A DNA stretch of 64,000 nucleotides from Mayamaea pseudoterrestris. Lineage: Eukaryota. The stretch lies in NCBI GenBank assembly GCA_027923505.1, contig BROI01000001.1, forward strand, positions 620,001-684,000, in the 5' to 3' direction. Shown in pieces: positions 54,401 to 64,000 of the stretch (within the stretch, counting starts at the first letter, position 1; each line of letters begins with the position of its first letter). The notes under the pieces are model-generated. The model was not told the DNA's origin, did not search any database, and saw nothing but the letters and a program-made list of their open reading frames with translations. The translations under genes were made by a program, and so were the position numbers.

Positions 54401-57000
54401 GCCTGAATAATGAGGTTGGCACCATTCTGGTGTATTTTGGGCACCTACAGGGCTTGCTGTAGGGGCGTTTGAATGTCACGGCATCTGCGGGCTGAGACTG
54501 GTGACAAGTTGTCACCAAATACATTGCCATCCCCTGAGACACCAGCCAAGCCTACCATCTTGTAGCGCAGCCTGAATAATGATGTTGGCACCATTCTGGT
54601 GTATTTTGGGCACCTACAGGGCTTGCTGTAGGGGCGTTTGAATGTCACGGCATCTGCGGGCTGAGACTGGTGACAAGTTGTCACCAAATACATTGCCATC
54701 CCCTGAGACACCAGCCAAGCCTACCATCTTGTAGCGCAGCCTGAATAATGATGTTGGCACCATTCTGGTGTATTTTGGGCACCTACAGGGCTTGCTGTAG
54801 GGGCGTTTGAATGTCACGGCATCTGCGGGCTGAGACTGGTGACAAGTTGTCACCAAATACATTGCCATCCCCTGAGACACCAGCCAAGCCTACCATCTTG
54901 TAGCGCAGCCTGAATAATGATGTTGGCACCATTCTGGTGTATTTTGGGCACCTACAGGGCTTGCTGTAGGGGCGTTTGAATGTCACGGCATCTGCGGGCT
55001 GAGACTGGTGACAAGTTGTCACCAAATACATTGCCATCCCCTGAGACACCAGCCAAGCCTACCATCTTGTATCGCAGCCTAAATAATGATGTTGGCACCA
55101 TTCTGGTGTATTTTGGGCACCTACAGGGCTTGCTGTAGGGGCGTTTGAATGTCACGGCATCTGCGGGCTGAGACTGGTGACAAGTTGTCACCAAATACAT
55201 TGCCATCCCCTGAGACACCAGCCAAGCCTACCATCTTGTAGCGCTGCCTGAATAATGAGGTTGGCACCATTCTGGTGTGGTGTATTTTGGGCACCTACAG
55301 GGCTTGCTGTAGGGGCGTTTGAATGTCACGGCATCTGCGGGCTGAGACTGGTGACAAGTTGTCACCAAATACATTGCCATCCCCTGAGACACCAGCCAAG
55401 CCTACCATCTTGTAGCGCAGCCTGAATAATGACGTTGGCACCATTCTGGTGTATTTTGGGCACCTACAGGGCTTGCTGTGGTGAATGGCACGGCATCTGC
55501 GGGCTGAGACTGGTGACAAGTTGTCACCAAATACATTGCCATCCCCTGAGACACCAGCCAAGCCTACCATCTTGTAGCGCAGCCTGAATAATGAGGTTGG
55601 CACCATTCTGGTGTATTTTGGGCACCTACAGGGCTTGCTGTAGGGGCGTTTGAATGTCACGGCATCTGCGGGCTGAGACTGGTGACAAGTTGTCACCAAA
55701 TACATTGCCATCCCCTGAGACACCAGCCAAGCCTACCATCTTGTAGCGCAGCCTGAATAATGAGGTTGGCACCATTCTGGTGTATTTTGGGCACCTACAG
55801 GGCTTGCTGTAGGGGCATTTGAATGTCACGGCATCTGCAGGCTGAGACTGGTGACAAGTTGTCACCAAATACATTGCCATCCTAGACACCACCAAGCACC
55901 TGAGTCCTGACACCAGCCAATCTCCACCAACCTCTGTAGCTCAGCCTGAATAATGATGTTGGCACTATTCTGGTGTATTTTGGGCACCTACAGGGCTTGC
56001 TGTAGGGGCGTTTGAATGTCACGGCATCTGCGGGCTGAGACTGGTGACAAGTTGTCACCAAATACATTGCCATCCCCTGAGACACCAGCCAAGCCTACTA
56101 TCTTGTAGCGCAGCCTGAAGAATGAGGTTGGCACCATTTGGGTGTATTTTGGGCACCTACAGGGCTTGCTGTGGGGGCGTTTGAATGTCACGGCATCTGC
56201 AGGCTGAGACTGGTGACAAGTTGTCACCAAATACATTACCATCCCCTGAGACACCAGCCAAGCCTACTATCTTGTAGCGCAGCCTGAAGAATGAGGTTGG
56301 CACCATTCTGGTGTATTTTGGGCACCTACAGGGCGTGCTGTAGGGGCGTTTGAATGTCACAGCATCTGCGGGCTGAGACTGGTGACAAGTTGTCACCAAA
56401 TACATTGCCATCCCCTGAGACACCAGCCAAGCCTACCATCTTGTAGCGCAGCCTGAATAATGATGTTGGCACCATTCTGGTGTGTTTTGGGCACCTACAG
56501 GGCTTGCTGTGGGGGCATTTTCATGTCCCGGCATCTGCGGGCTGAGACTGGTGACAAGTTGTCACCAAATACATTGCCATCCCCTGAGACACCAGCCAAG
56601 CCTACCATCTTGTAGCGCAGCCTGAATAATGATGTTGGCACCATTCTGGTGTATTTTGGGCACCTACAGGGCTTGCTGTAGGGGCGTTTGAATGTCACGG
56701 CATCTGCGGGCTGAGACTGGTGACAAGTTGTCACCAAATACATTGCCGTCCCCTGAGACACCAGCCAAGCCTACCATCTTGTAGCGCAGCCTGAATAATG
56801 AGGTTGGCACGATTCTGGTGTATTTTGGGCACCTACAGATCGCTCTGAAGTTGTCACCAAATACATTGCCATCCCCTGAGACACCAGCCAAGCCTACCAT
56901 CTTGTAGCGCAGCCTGAATAATGAGGTTGGCACCATTCTGGGTATTTTGGGCACGCGGCCTGCAGCCGAGGACTTTTTGGCACCCTGTAGGGGCGTTTGA
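51455..57000 (-). repeat. 169-bp satellite, subfamily B, ~33 monomers
   Basis: Very homogeneous units with diagnostic GGTAGGCTTGGCTGGTGTCTC, GCAATGTATTTGG and CAAGCCCTGTAGGTGCCCAAAATAC; ORF spacing is 169 bp. Confidence 0.97.
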
Positions 57001-57350
57001 ATGTCACGGCATCTGCTGGCTGAGATTGGTGACAAGTTGTTACCAATCACATTGCCGTCTACCAAAGGCCCAGCCAGGCAACCCATCTTGTAGCGCACCT
57101 GAAATAAGGATGTTAGCACCACTCTGGTTTGATTTGGGCATACACATGACTCAAGGTATGGGCATTTGAAAATGACGGCATCTGCGGGCTGAGATTGGTG
57201 ACAAGTTGTCACCAATCACATTGCAGTCTACCAAGGGACCAGCCAGGCAATCCAACTTGTAGCGCACCTGGAATAAAGATGTTAGCACCATTCTAACTTG
57301 ATTTGGGCATACACATGGCTCAAGGTATAGACAATAGGAAATTACGGCAT
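57001..57350 (-). repeat. 169-bp satellite, terminal subfamily C, ~2 monomers
   Basis: Reverse complement of the 50810-51450 variant (CATTGCAGTCTACCAAGGGACCAGCCAGGCAATCC; CATACACATGGCTCAAGGTAT). Confidence 0.9.
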
Positions 57351-57467
57351 GAGCTCGATCTTGTCAACATATTGCATGACCCCGTCTGCTAACCTTTCAA
57401 AGTTTTACATTAGTAATTCATACCAAACAATTTACAAGTAGCTATAGCTTTGTTTAATGATTGATAA

Positions 57468-58646
57468 CTAGAAAATACCAAGACCAGTCGTGACAGCAAA
57501 GACAATGAACAAGCTACCTCCAATGAACCCCAACGCTCGCTCCGAAACATACTTTGCCAAGACGGCGCCACCCGACACGGCGATACCAGTCGCTAATGCA
57601 TGCGCGGCAATGGCTCCTCCAGCCACAGCCACGGGGTTTTGCGCGGCGCTCAACGCAATCGTTGACAGAAAGCTTCGGTCACCAAACTCGGCGGCAAAGA
57701 CGAGCGCGAAAATACTGGCCAATTGTCCCCACGGCGTCACTTGCTTGACACTTTTGGATCCTTCCACTGCTTCCTGCGCATCGGCAAACTCCTCGTCCAT
57801 GGTGGATGCGCCTGGTTCCATCTCAAAGGCTTCCTTAAGCGTTTTGATACCAAAGAACAAAAAGGCCAAGCATGCTGCAACATCATCCAGAGGAAATCCA
57901 TTGGCAAAACCATCAGGAACGGCGTGAAAGATTTGTCCAATTCCCACACACACGAGCGTCATGGCAGCCAGTGCCGCCATGGAACCTAGGAATGAAATGA
58001 GACGCGAAGTCTTGGCGCTCAATAGACCGGCAATGAAGAATGTCTTGTCTCCAATTTCCGATAAAAATACAAGAGAAAATGCTTGATAGAAACCAGTTTC
58101 ACTCAGACTGGATAGCCACACGGGAGTGGCAGCAACGCCAGGCAAGCTGATAGCGTTGGCGGCTGGTGCAATGAGGGATGATGCGGCGGTGGATAGAATG
58201 ACTGCCATGGCCATGGACAATGTTTTGCTTGCCATGCTGGTAGAAGAGCGAGTCGATACCGCAGCTGATGCAGATGATTCCATCAGTCGACATTCCGATT
58301 CTTCGGGCCTGCTCATTGTAAGCCGTGGCTGTTGCAGCCGCGACATGAGTGACGGTGCAGCTAAATGAGTTGATGAAACGGCGTTGATTGATGATGCACG
58401 AGATGTATGCAAAGGTTGCATTGAGCTTGAATATGAGAAAAGTGTGGGTTAGATGAATCTTCAGACATTTCTTCTCTCACTTAATCAAGATTGCCATTTC
58501 AAGGAACTATATCGGATCATGATCATGCAGAAAGGCCGATCGGTAGCGCAGAAAATGATGAGAATGACTTACCTAAACCCTCGTGCTGTCGATACAAGCA
58601 GCAAGCCTGCTAATATGCGAGTCATTCTGATAGCAAAAGATTTCAT
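57468..58646 (-). CDS. GDT1: GDT1/UPF0016-family Mn2+/Ca2+ transporter (PAM71/CMT1-like), plastid-targeted, two exons (58646-58573, 58425-57468), ~343 aa
   Basis: Two E-x-G-D-(K/R)-(T/S) motifs (FLSEIGDKTF, FAAEFGDRSF). Intron 58572-58426 has GTAAGT, a CTAAC branch point and AG. Splicing gives in-frame MKSFAIRMTRILAGLLLVSTARG-FSSMQPL..., i.e. signal peptide, Phe, then a Ser/Arg-rich transit peptide. Confidence 0.9.
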
Positions 58647-58961
58647 TCTGCTGTACTTGGTCGCTTCCGATGAGGCCGTCAAAGGTGCAAATGGATCATG
58701 GTCGAATTGACGACGGCGTTTGGAATTGCGACGATGGGCGCAAACGTGCGCAAACGTCATGTTGAGTCACGAGCGGACAACGATTCAATCGTACGTCTTC
58801 GTCCGTTTCTAAATTTTGACTGCTCGTGTGACCTAATAAGAGAGAGCACGACCTAACTGTAAATTAGGTAGGCCAAATTCAAGTTGTCACTTTATAGTTT
58901 GTCAAAGATGGCTGTTGAATGAAGTTATTAATTGAGGCAGCCTATGCTATGCATTGGAAGG

Positions 58962-61900
58962 TCAGATCCTTGCAGTTTGTAGGTTTTTGCCATGGCAGCC
59001 AGACTGGTGGATACTGGGGTGATAGTTGCCCCAGCATTGGATCAAAATGTCATCCGACATCATAGGAAACAGGTTAATTGGCTTAGCAGGCAAGGCTGAT
59101 GATCCTGTAGCCAAAGCATGGTGCACTGCTAGCACATTCAACAATGTGTTGAATGTGCGGAGTCTCATGGCACAATGCTGCGTTCCACACCACAATTGAC
59201 ATGACTAATGGTCAAATTGTATCATATGTATTTTAGTTACAATATTCTCGGGTCTGCAGGCCCTTCTGGCAGTCTGTGTACCAGGTGAGGTGCACCAATG
59301 GCGGATCCAACAAGTTATTGGATCTGCCGAGTCTCACCATGGCAGCCAGGCTGGTGGATATTGGGGTGATATTCACCCCAGCATTGGATCAAAATGTCAA
59401 CCAACATCATAGGAAACAGGTTAATTGGCTTAGCAGGCAAGGCTGATGACCCTGTAGCCAAAGCATGGTGCACTGCTAGCACATTCAACAACTTGTTGAA
59501 TGTGCGGAGTCTCATGGCACAATGCTGCGGTACACACCACAATTGACATGACTATTGGTCGAATTGTATCATATGTAATTTGGTTTCAATATTCTCGGGT
59601 CTGCAGGCCCTTCTGGCAGTTTGTATACCAGGTGAGGTGCACCACTAGCAGATCCAACAAGTTATTAGATCTGCCGAGTCTCACCATGGCAGCCAGGCTG
59701 GTGGATATTGGGGTGATAGTTACCACGGCATTGGATCAAAATGTCAATTATCATCATAGGAAACAGGCTGGATGGCTTAGCAGGCAAGTCTGATGACCCT
59801 GTAGCCAAAGCATGGTGCACTACTAGCACATTCAACAACTTGTTGAATGTGCGGAGTCTATGGCACAATGCTGCGTTCCACACCACAATTGACATGACTA
59901 TTGGTCGCATTGTTTTTTTATGTATTTTGGTTTCAATATTCTCGTGTCTGCAGGCCCTTCTGGCAGTCTGTGTACCACTTGAGGTGCACCGCTAGCAGAT
60001 CCAACAAGTTATTAGATCTGCCGAGTCTCACCAAGGCAGCCAGGCTGGTGGATATTGGGGTGATAGTTACCCCAGCATTGGATCAAAATGTCAATTAACA
60101 TCATAGGAAACAGGCTGGATGGCTTAGCAGGCAAGTCTGATGACCCTGTAGCCAAAGCATGGTGCACTACTAGCACATTCAACAACTTGTTGAATGTGCG
60201 GAGTCTCATGGCACAATGCTGCGTTCCACACCACAATTGACATGACTATTGGTCGCATTGTTTTTTATGTATTTTAGTTTCAATATTCTCGTGTCTGCAG
60301 GCCCTTCTGGCAGTCTGTGTACCAGTTGAGGTGCACCGCTGGCAGATCCAACAAGTTATAGGATCTGCCAAATCTCACCACGGCAGCCAGGCTGGTTGAT
60401 ACTGAGTTGATAGTCGCCACAGCATTGGATCAAATGTCAACCAACATCATAGGAAACAGGTTAATTGGCTTAGCAGGCAAGGCAGATGATCCTGTAGCCA
60501 AAGCATGGAGCACTACTAGCACATTCAACAACTTGTTGAATGTGCGGAGTCTCATGGCACAATGCTGCGTTCCACACCACAATTGACATGACTATTGGTC
60601 GAATTGTTTCATATGTAATTTGGTTTCAATAATCTTGGGTCTGCAGGCCCTTCTGGCAGTCTGTGTACCAGTTGAGGTGCACCGCTGGCAGATCCAACAA
60701 GTTAATGGATCTGCCGAGTCTCACCATGGCAGCCAGGCTGGTGAATACTGGGATGATAGTCACCCCAGCATTGGATCAAAATGTCCACCAACATCATAGG
60801 AAACAGATTAATTGGCTTAGCAGGCAAGGCTGATGATCCTGTAGCCAAAGCATGGTGCACTACTAGCACATTCAACAACTTGTTGAATGTGCGGAGTCTC
60901 ATGGCACAATACTGCGTTCCACACCACAATTGACATGACTATTGGTCGAATTGGGTCTGCAGGCCCTTCTGGCAGTCTGTGTACCAGTTGAGGTGCACCA
61001 CCATCTGATCCAACAAGTTAATGGATCTGCCGAGTCTCACCATGGCAGCCAGGCTGGTGAATACTGGGATGATAGTCACCCCAGCATTGGATCAAAATGT
61101 CCACCAACATCATAGGAAACAGATTAATTGGCTTAGCAGGCAAGGCTGATGATCCTGTAGCCAAAGCATGGTGCACTACTAGCACATTCAACAACTTGTT
61201 GAATGTGCGGAGTCTCATGGCACAATACTGCGTTCCACACCACAATTGATATGACTAATGATCCAATTGTTTCAAATGTATTTTGGTTACAATATTCTCA
61301 GGTCTGCAGGCCCTTCTGGCAGTCTGTGTACCAGTTGAGGTGCACCACCGTCTGATCCAACAAGTTAATGGATCTGCCGAGTCTCACCATGGCAGCCAGG
61401 CTGGTGGATATTGGGATGATAGTCACCCCAGCATTGGATCAAAATGTCCACCAACATCATAGAAAACAGGTTAATTGGCTTAGCAGGCAAGGCTGATGAT
61501 CCTGTAGCCAAAGCATGGAGCACTACTAGCACATTCAACAACTTGTTGAATGTGCGGAGTCTCATGGCACAATGCTGCGTTCCACACCACAATTGACATG
61601 ACTATTGGTCGAATTGTTTCATATGTATTTTGGTTTCAATATTCTCGGGTCTGCAGGCTCTTCTGGCAGTCTGTGTACCAGTTGAGGTGCACCACCGTTT
61701 GATCCAACAAGTTAATGGATCTGCCGAGTCTCACCATGGCAGCCAGGCTGGTGGATACTGGGATGATAGTCACCCCAGCATTGGATCAAAATGTCAACCA
61801 ACATCATAGGAACAGGTTAATTGGCTTAGCAGGCAAGGCAGATGACCCTGTAGCCAAAGCATGGTGCACTGCTAGCACATTCAACAACTTGTTGAATGTG

Positions 61901-63387
61901 CGGAGTCTCATGGCACAATTCCACACCACAATTGACATGACTAATGATCCAATTGTTTCATATGTAATTTGGTTTCAATATTCTTGGGTCTGCAGGCGAT
62001 TCTGGCAGTCTGTGTACCAGTTGAGGTGCACCGCTGGCAGATCCAACAAGTTAATGGATCTGCCGTGTCTCATCATGGCAGCCAGGCTGGTGGATATTGG
62101 GGTGATATTCACCCCAGCATTGGATCAAAATGTCAACCAACATCATAGAAAACAGGTTAATTGGCTAAGCAGGCAAGGCTGATGATCCTGTAGCCAAAGA
62201 ATGGAGCACTACTAGCACATTCAACAACTTGTTGAATGTGCGGAGTCTCATGGCACAATGCTGCGTTACACACCACAATTGACATGACTATTGGTCGAAT
62301 TGTATCATCTGTAATTTGGTTTCAATATTCTTGGGTCTGCAGGCGATTCTGGCAGTCTGTGTACTAGTTGAGGTGCACCGCTGGCAGATCCAACAAGTTA
62401 TTGGATCTGCCAAATCTCACCATGGCAGCCAGGCTGGTGAATACTGGGATGATAGTCACCCCAGCATTGGATCAAAATGTCAATTAACATCATATGAAAC
62501 AGGTTAATTGGCTTAGCAGGCAAGGCTGATGATCCTGTAGCCAAAGCATGGAGCACTACTAGCACATTCAACAACTTGTTGAATGTGCGGAGTCTCATGG
62601 CACAATGCTGCGTCCCACACCACAATTGACATGACTATTGGTCGAATTGTATCCTATGTAATTTGGTTTCAATATTCTTGGGTCTGCAGGCGATTCTGGC
62701 AGTCTGTGTACCAGTTGAGGTGCACCGCTGGCAGATCCAACAAGTTAATGGATCTGCCGAGTCTCACCATGGCAGCCAGGCTGGTGAATACTGGGATGAT
62801 AGTCACCCCAGCATTGGATCAAAATGTCAACCAACATCATAGAAAACAGGTTAATTGGCTTAGCAGGCAAGGCTGATGATCCTGTAGCCAAAGCATGGAG
62901 CATTACTAGCACATTCAACAACTTGTTGAATGTGCGGAGTCTCCTGGCACAATGCTGTGTTCCACACCACAATTGACATGACTATTGGTCAAATTGTTTC
63001 ATATGTAATTTGGTTTCAATATTCTTGGGTCTGCAGGCGATTCTGGCAGTCTGTGTACCAGTTGAGGTGCACCGCTGGCAGATCCAACAAGTTATAGGAT
63101 CTGCCAAATCTCACCATGGCAGCCAGGCTGGTGGATATTGGGATGATAGTCACCCCAGCATTGGATCAAAATGTCAACCAACATCATAGGAAACAGGCTG
63201 GATGGCTTAGCAGGCAAGGCAGATGATCCTGTAGCCAAAGCATGGTGCACTACTAGCACATTCAACAACTTGTTGAATGTGCGGAGTCTCATGGCACAAT
63301 GCTGCGTTTCACACCACAATTGACATGACTATTGGTCCAATTGTTTCGTATGTATTTTGGTTTCAATATTCTTGGGTCTGCAGGCGC
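58962..63387. repeat. 347-bp tandem satellite, ~12.8 units
   Basis: Period of 347 bp (59195/59542; 62625/62972/63319); one unit has a 31-bp deletion near 60950. Each unit holds two long palindromes. Confidence 0.96.
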
Positions 63388-63426
63388 TAGGCCAAGAAAC
63401 AGCGGTAGATCACTAGGACTTATGAC

Positions 63427-63680
63427 TGCGTACATCTTATCTAGTCCTGGAATCATCAGTGCCTACATCTGTTATTAATGCAGAATCGCACTCATCAATA
63501 TTCCGGCTATGATGAAGTCCGAAATCGTTAAAGTCAAGGCACATTATGTGTCTGCGTATATCTTATCTAGTCCTGGAATCAGCGGTGCCTACATCTTGTT
63601 AACGATGCAGAATCGCACTCATTTATATTCCGGCTAAGATGAAGTCCGAAATCGTTAAAAATTCAAGGCACATTATGTGT
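63427..63680 (+). repeat. ~125-bp direct duplication
   Basis: CTGCGTA(C/T)ATCTTATCTAGTCCTGGAATCA...CAAGGCACATTATGTGT at 63427 and 63552. Confidence 0.85.
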
Positions 63681-63698
63681 TGCTGTTTTGCTATAAAT

Positions 63699-64000
63699 TC
63701 ACGTCAACGATGCCTTTCTCTTTTTGCCCTTTTTCTTCTTTGATTGAACAAGTGGCACCAAGTCAAAGTTCAAGTCAATGAGCTTACCGCCAGCAACTTT
63801 GACTGGATCTTCACTTGGAAGACTGTCGGCCGTTGCGTTAGCGAATGCTTCTCCCCATTGGCGCACCATTTCGGCAATATGCTCGAGAAAGTCGTTTGAT
63901 CCGTCGGGAAAGGGAGACACACCAAGAAACTGGCCTTCAGATTTTATCTTGCCGTTGCGGACATTGTATTCGGCTGGAAACTCCAAGGGCTTTAAAGCAT
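63699..64000 (-). CDS. 3' end of an unknown protein with a basic C-terminus (possible NLS)
   Basis: Open frame from the window edge with protein-like composition, ending QSKKKKGKKRKASLT*. Confidence 0.5.
   Translation of the reverse strand, partial: ALKPLEFPAEYNVRNGKIKSEGQFLGVSPFPDGSNDFLEHIAEMVRQWGEAFANATADSLPSEDPVKVAGGKLIDLNFDLVPLVQSKKKKGKKRKASLT

Noticed and set aside
59405..59465. Hammerhead ribozyme in the 347-bp unit (GAAACAGG...CTGATGA..CCTGTA)
   Set aside because: Core words are present, but CTGATGA falls inside the would-be stem III loop and stems I and II do not pair. An Infernal search would settle it.

Overview
Eukaryotic window; the 18S sequence and CoDi-type Copia elements point to a diatom. 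About half is satellite DNA. A 169-bp tandem repeat with a TGGTGACAA-C-TTGTCACCA palindrome forms two blocks, each with convergent (inverted) arms: ~1-18175(+)/18395-21426(-) and ~50810-51450(+)/51455-57350(-). A 347-bp repeat occupies ~58962-63387. Between the 169-bp blocks lie a 3' 28S fragment, a spacer containing an MFS gene fragment, and an 18S-ITS1-5.8S-ITS2-28S unit cut at the sarcin-ricin loop. These are followed by a nest of Ty1/Copia elements with chromodomain-like regions and a frameshifted, truncated UTP10/HEATR1-like gene. An intact two-exon, plastid-targeted GDT1-family gene lies between the second 169-bp block and the 347-bp array. Two observations stand out. (i) The second 169-bp block looks like a foldback-type cassette: matching diverged terminal monomers in inverted orientation, an imperfect flanking direct repeat, and a position in a short intergenic gap. 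(ii) Both satellites carry palindromes with the same ACAA-S-TTRT core followed by GTCTCA, spaced 169-178 bp apart. Many indels suggest an under-polished long-read assembly, so all junctions need read-level confirmation.
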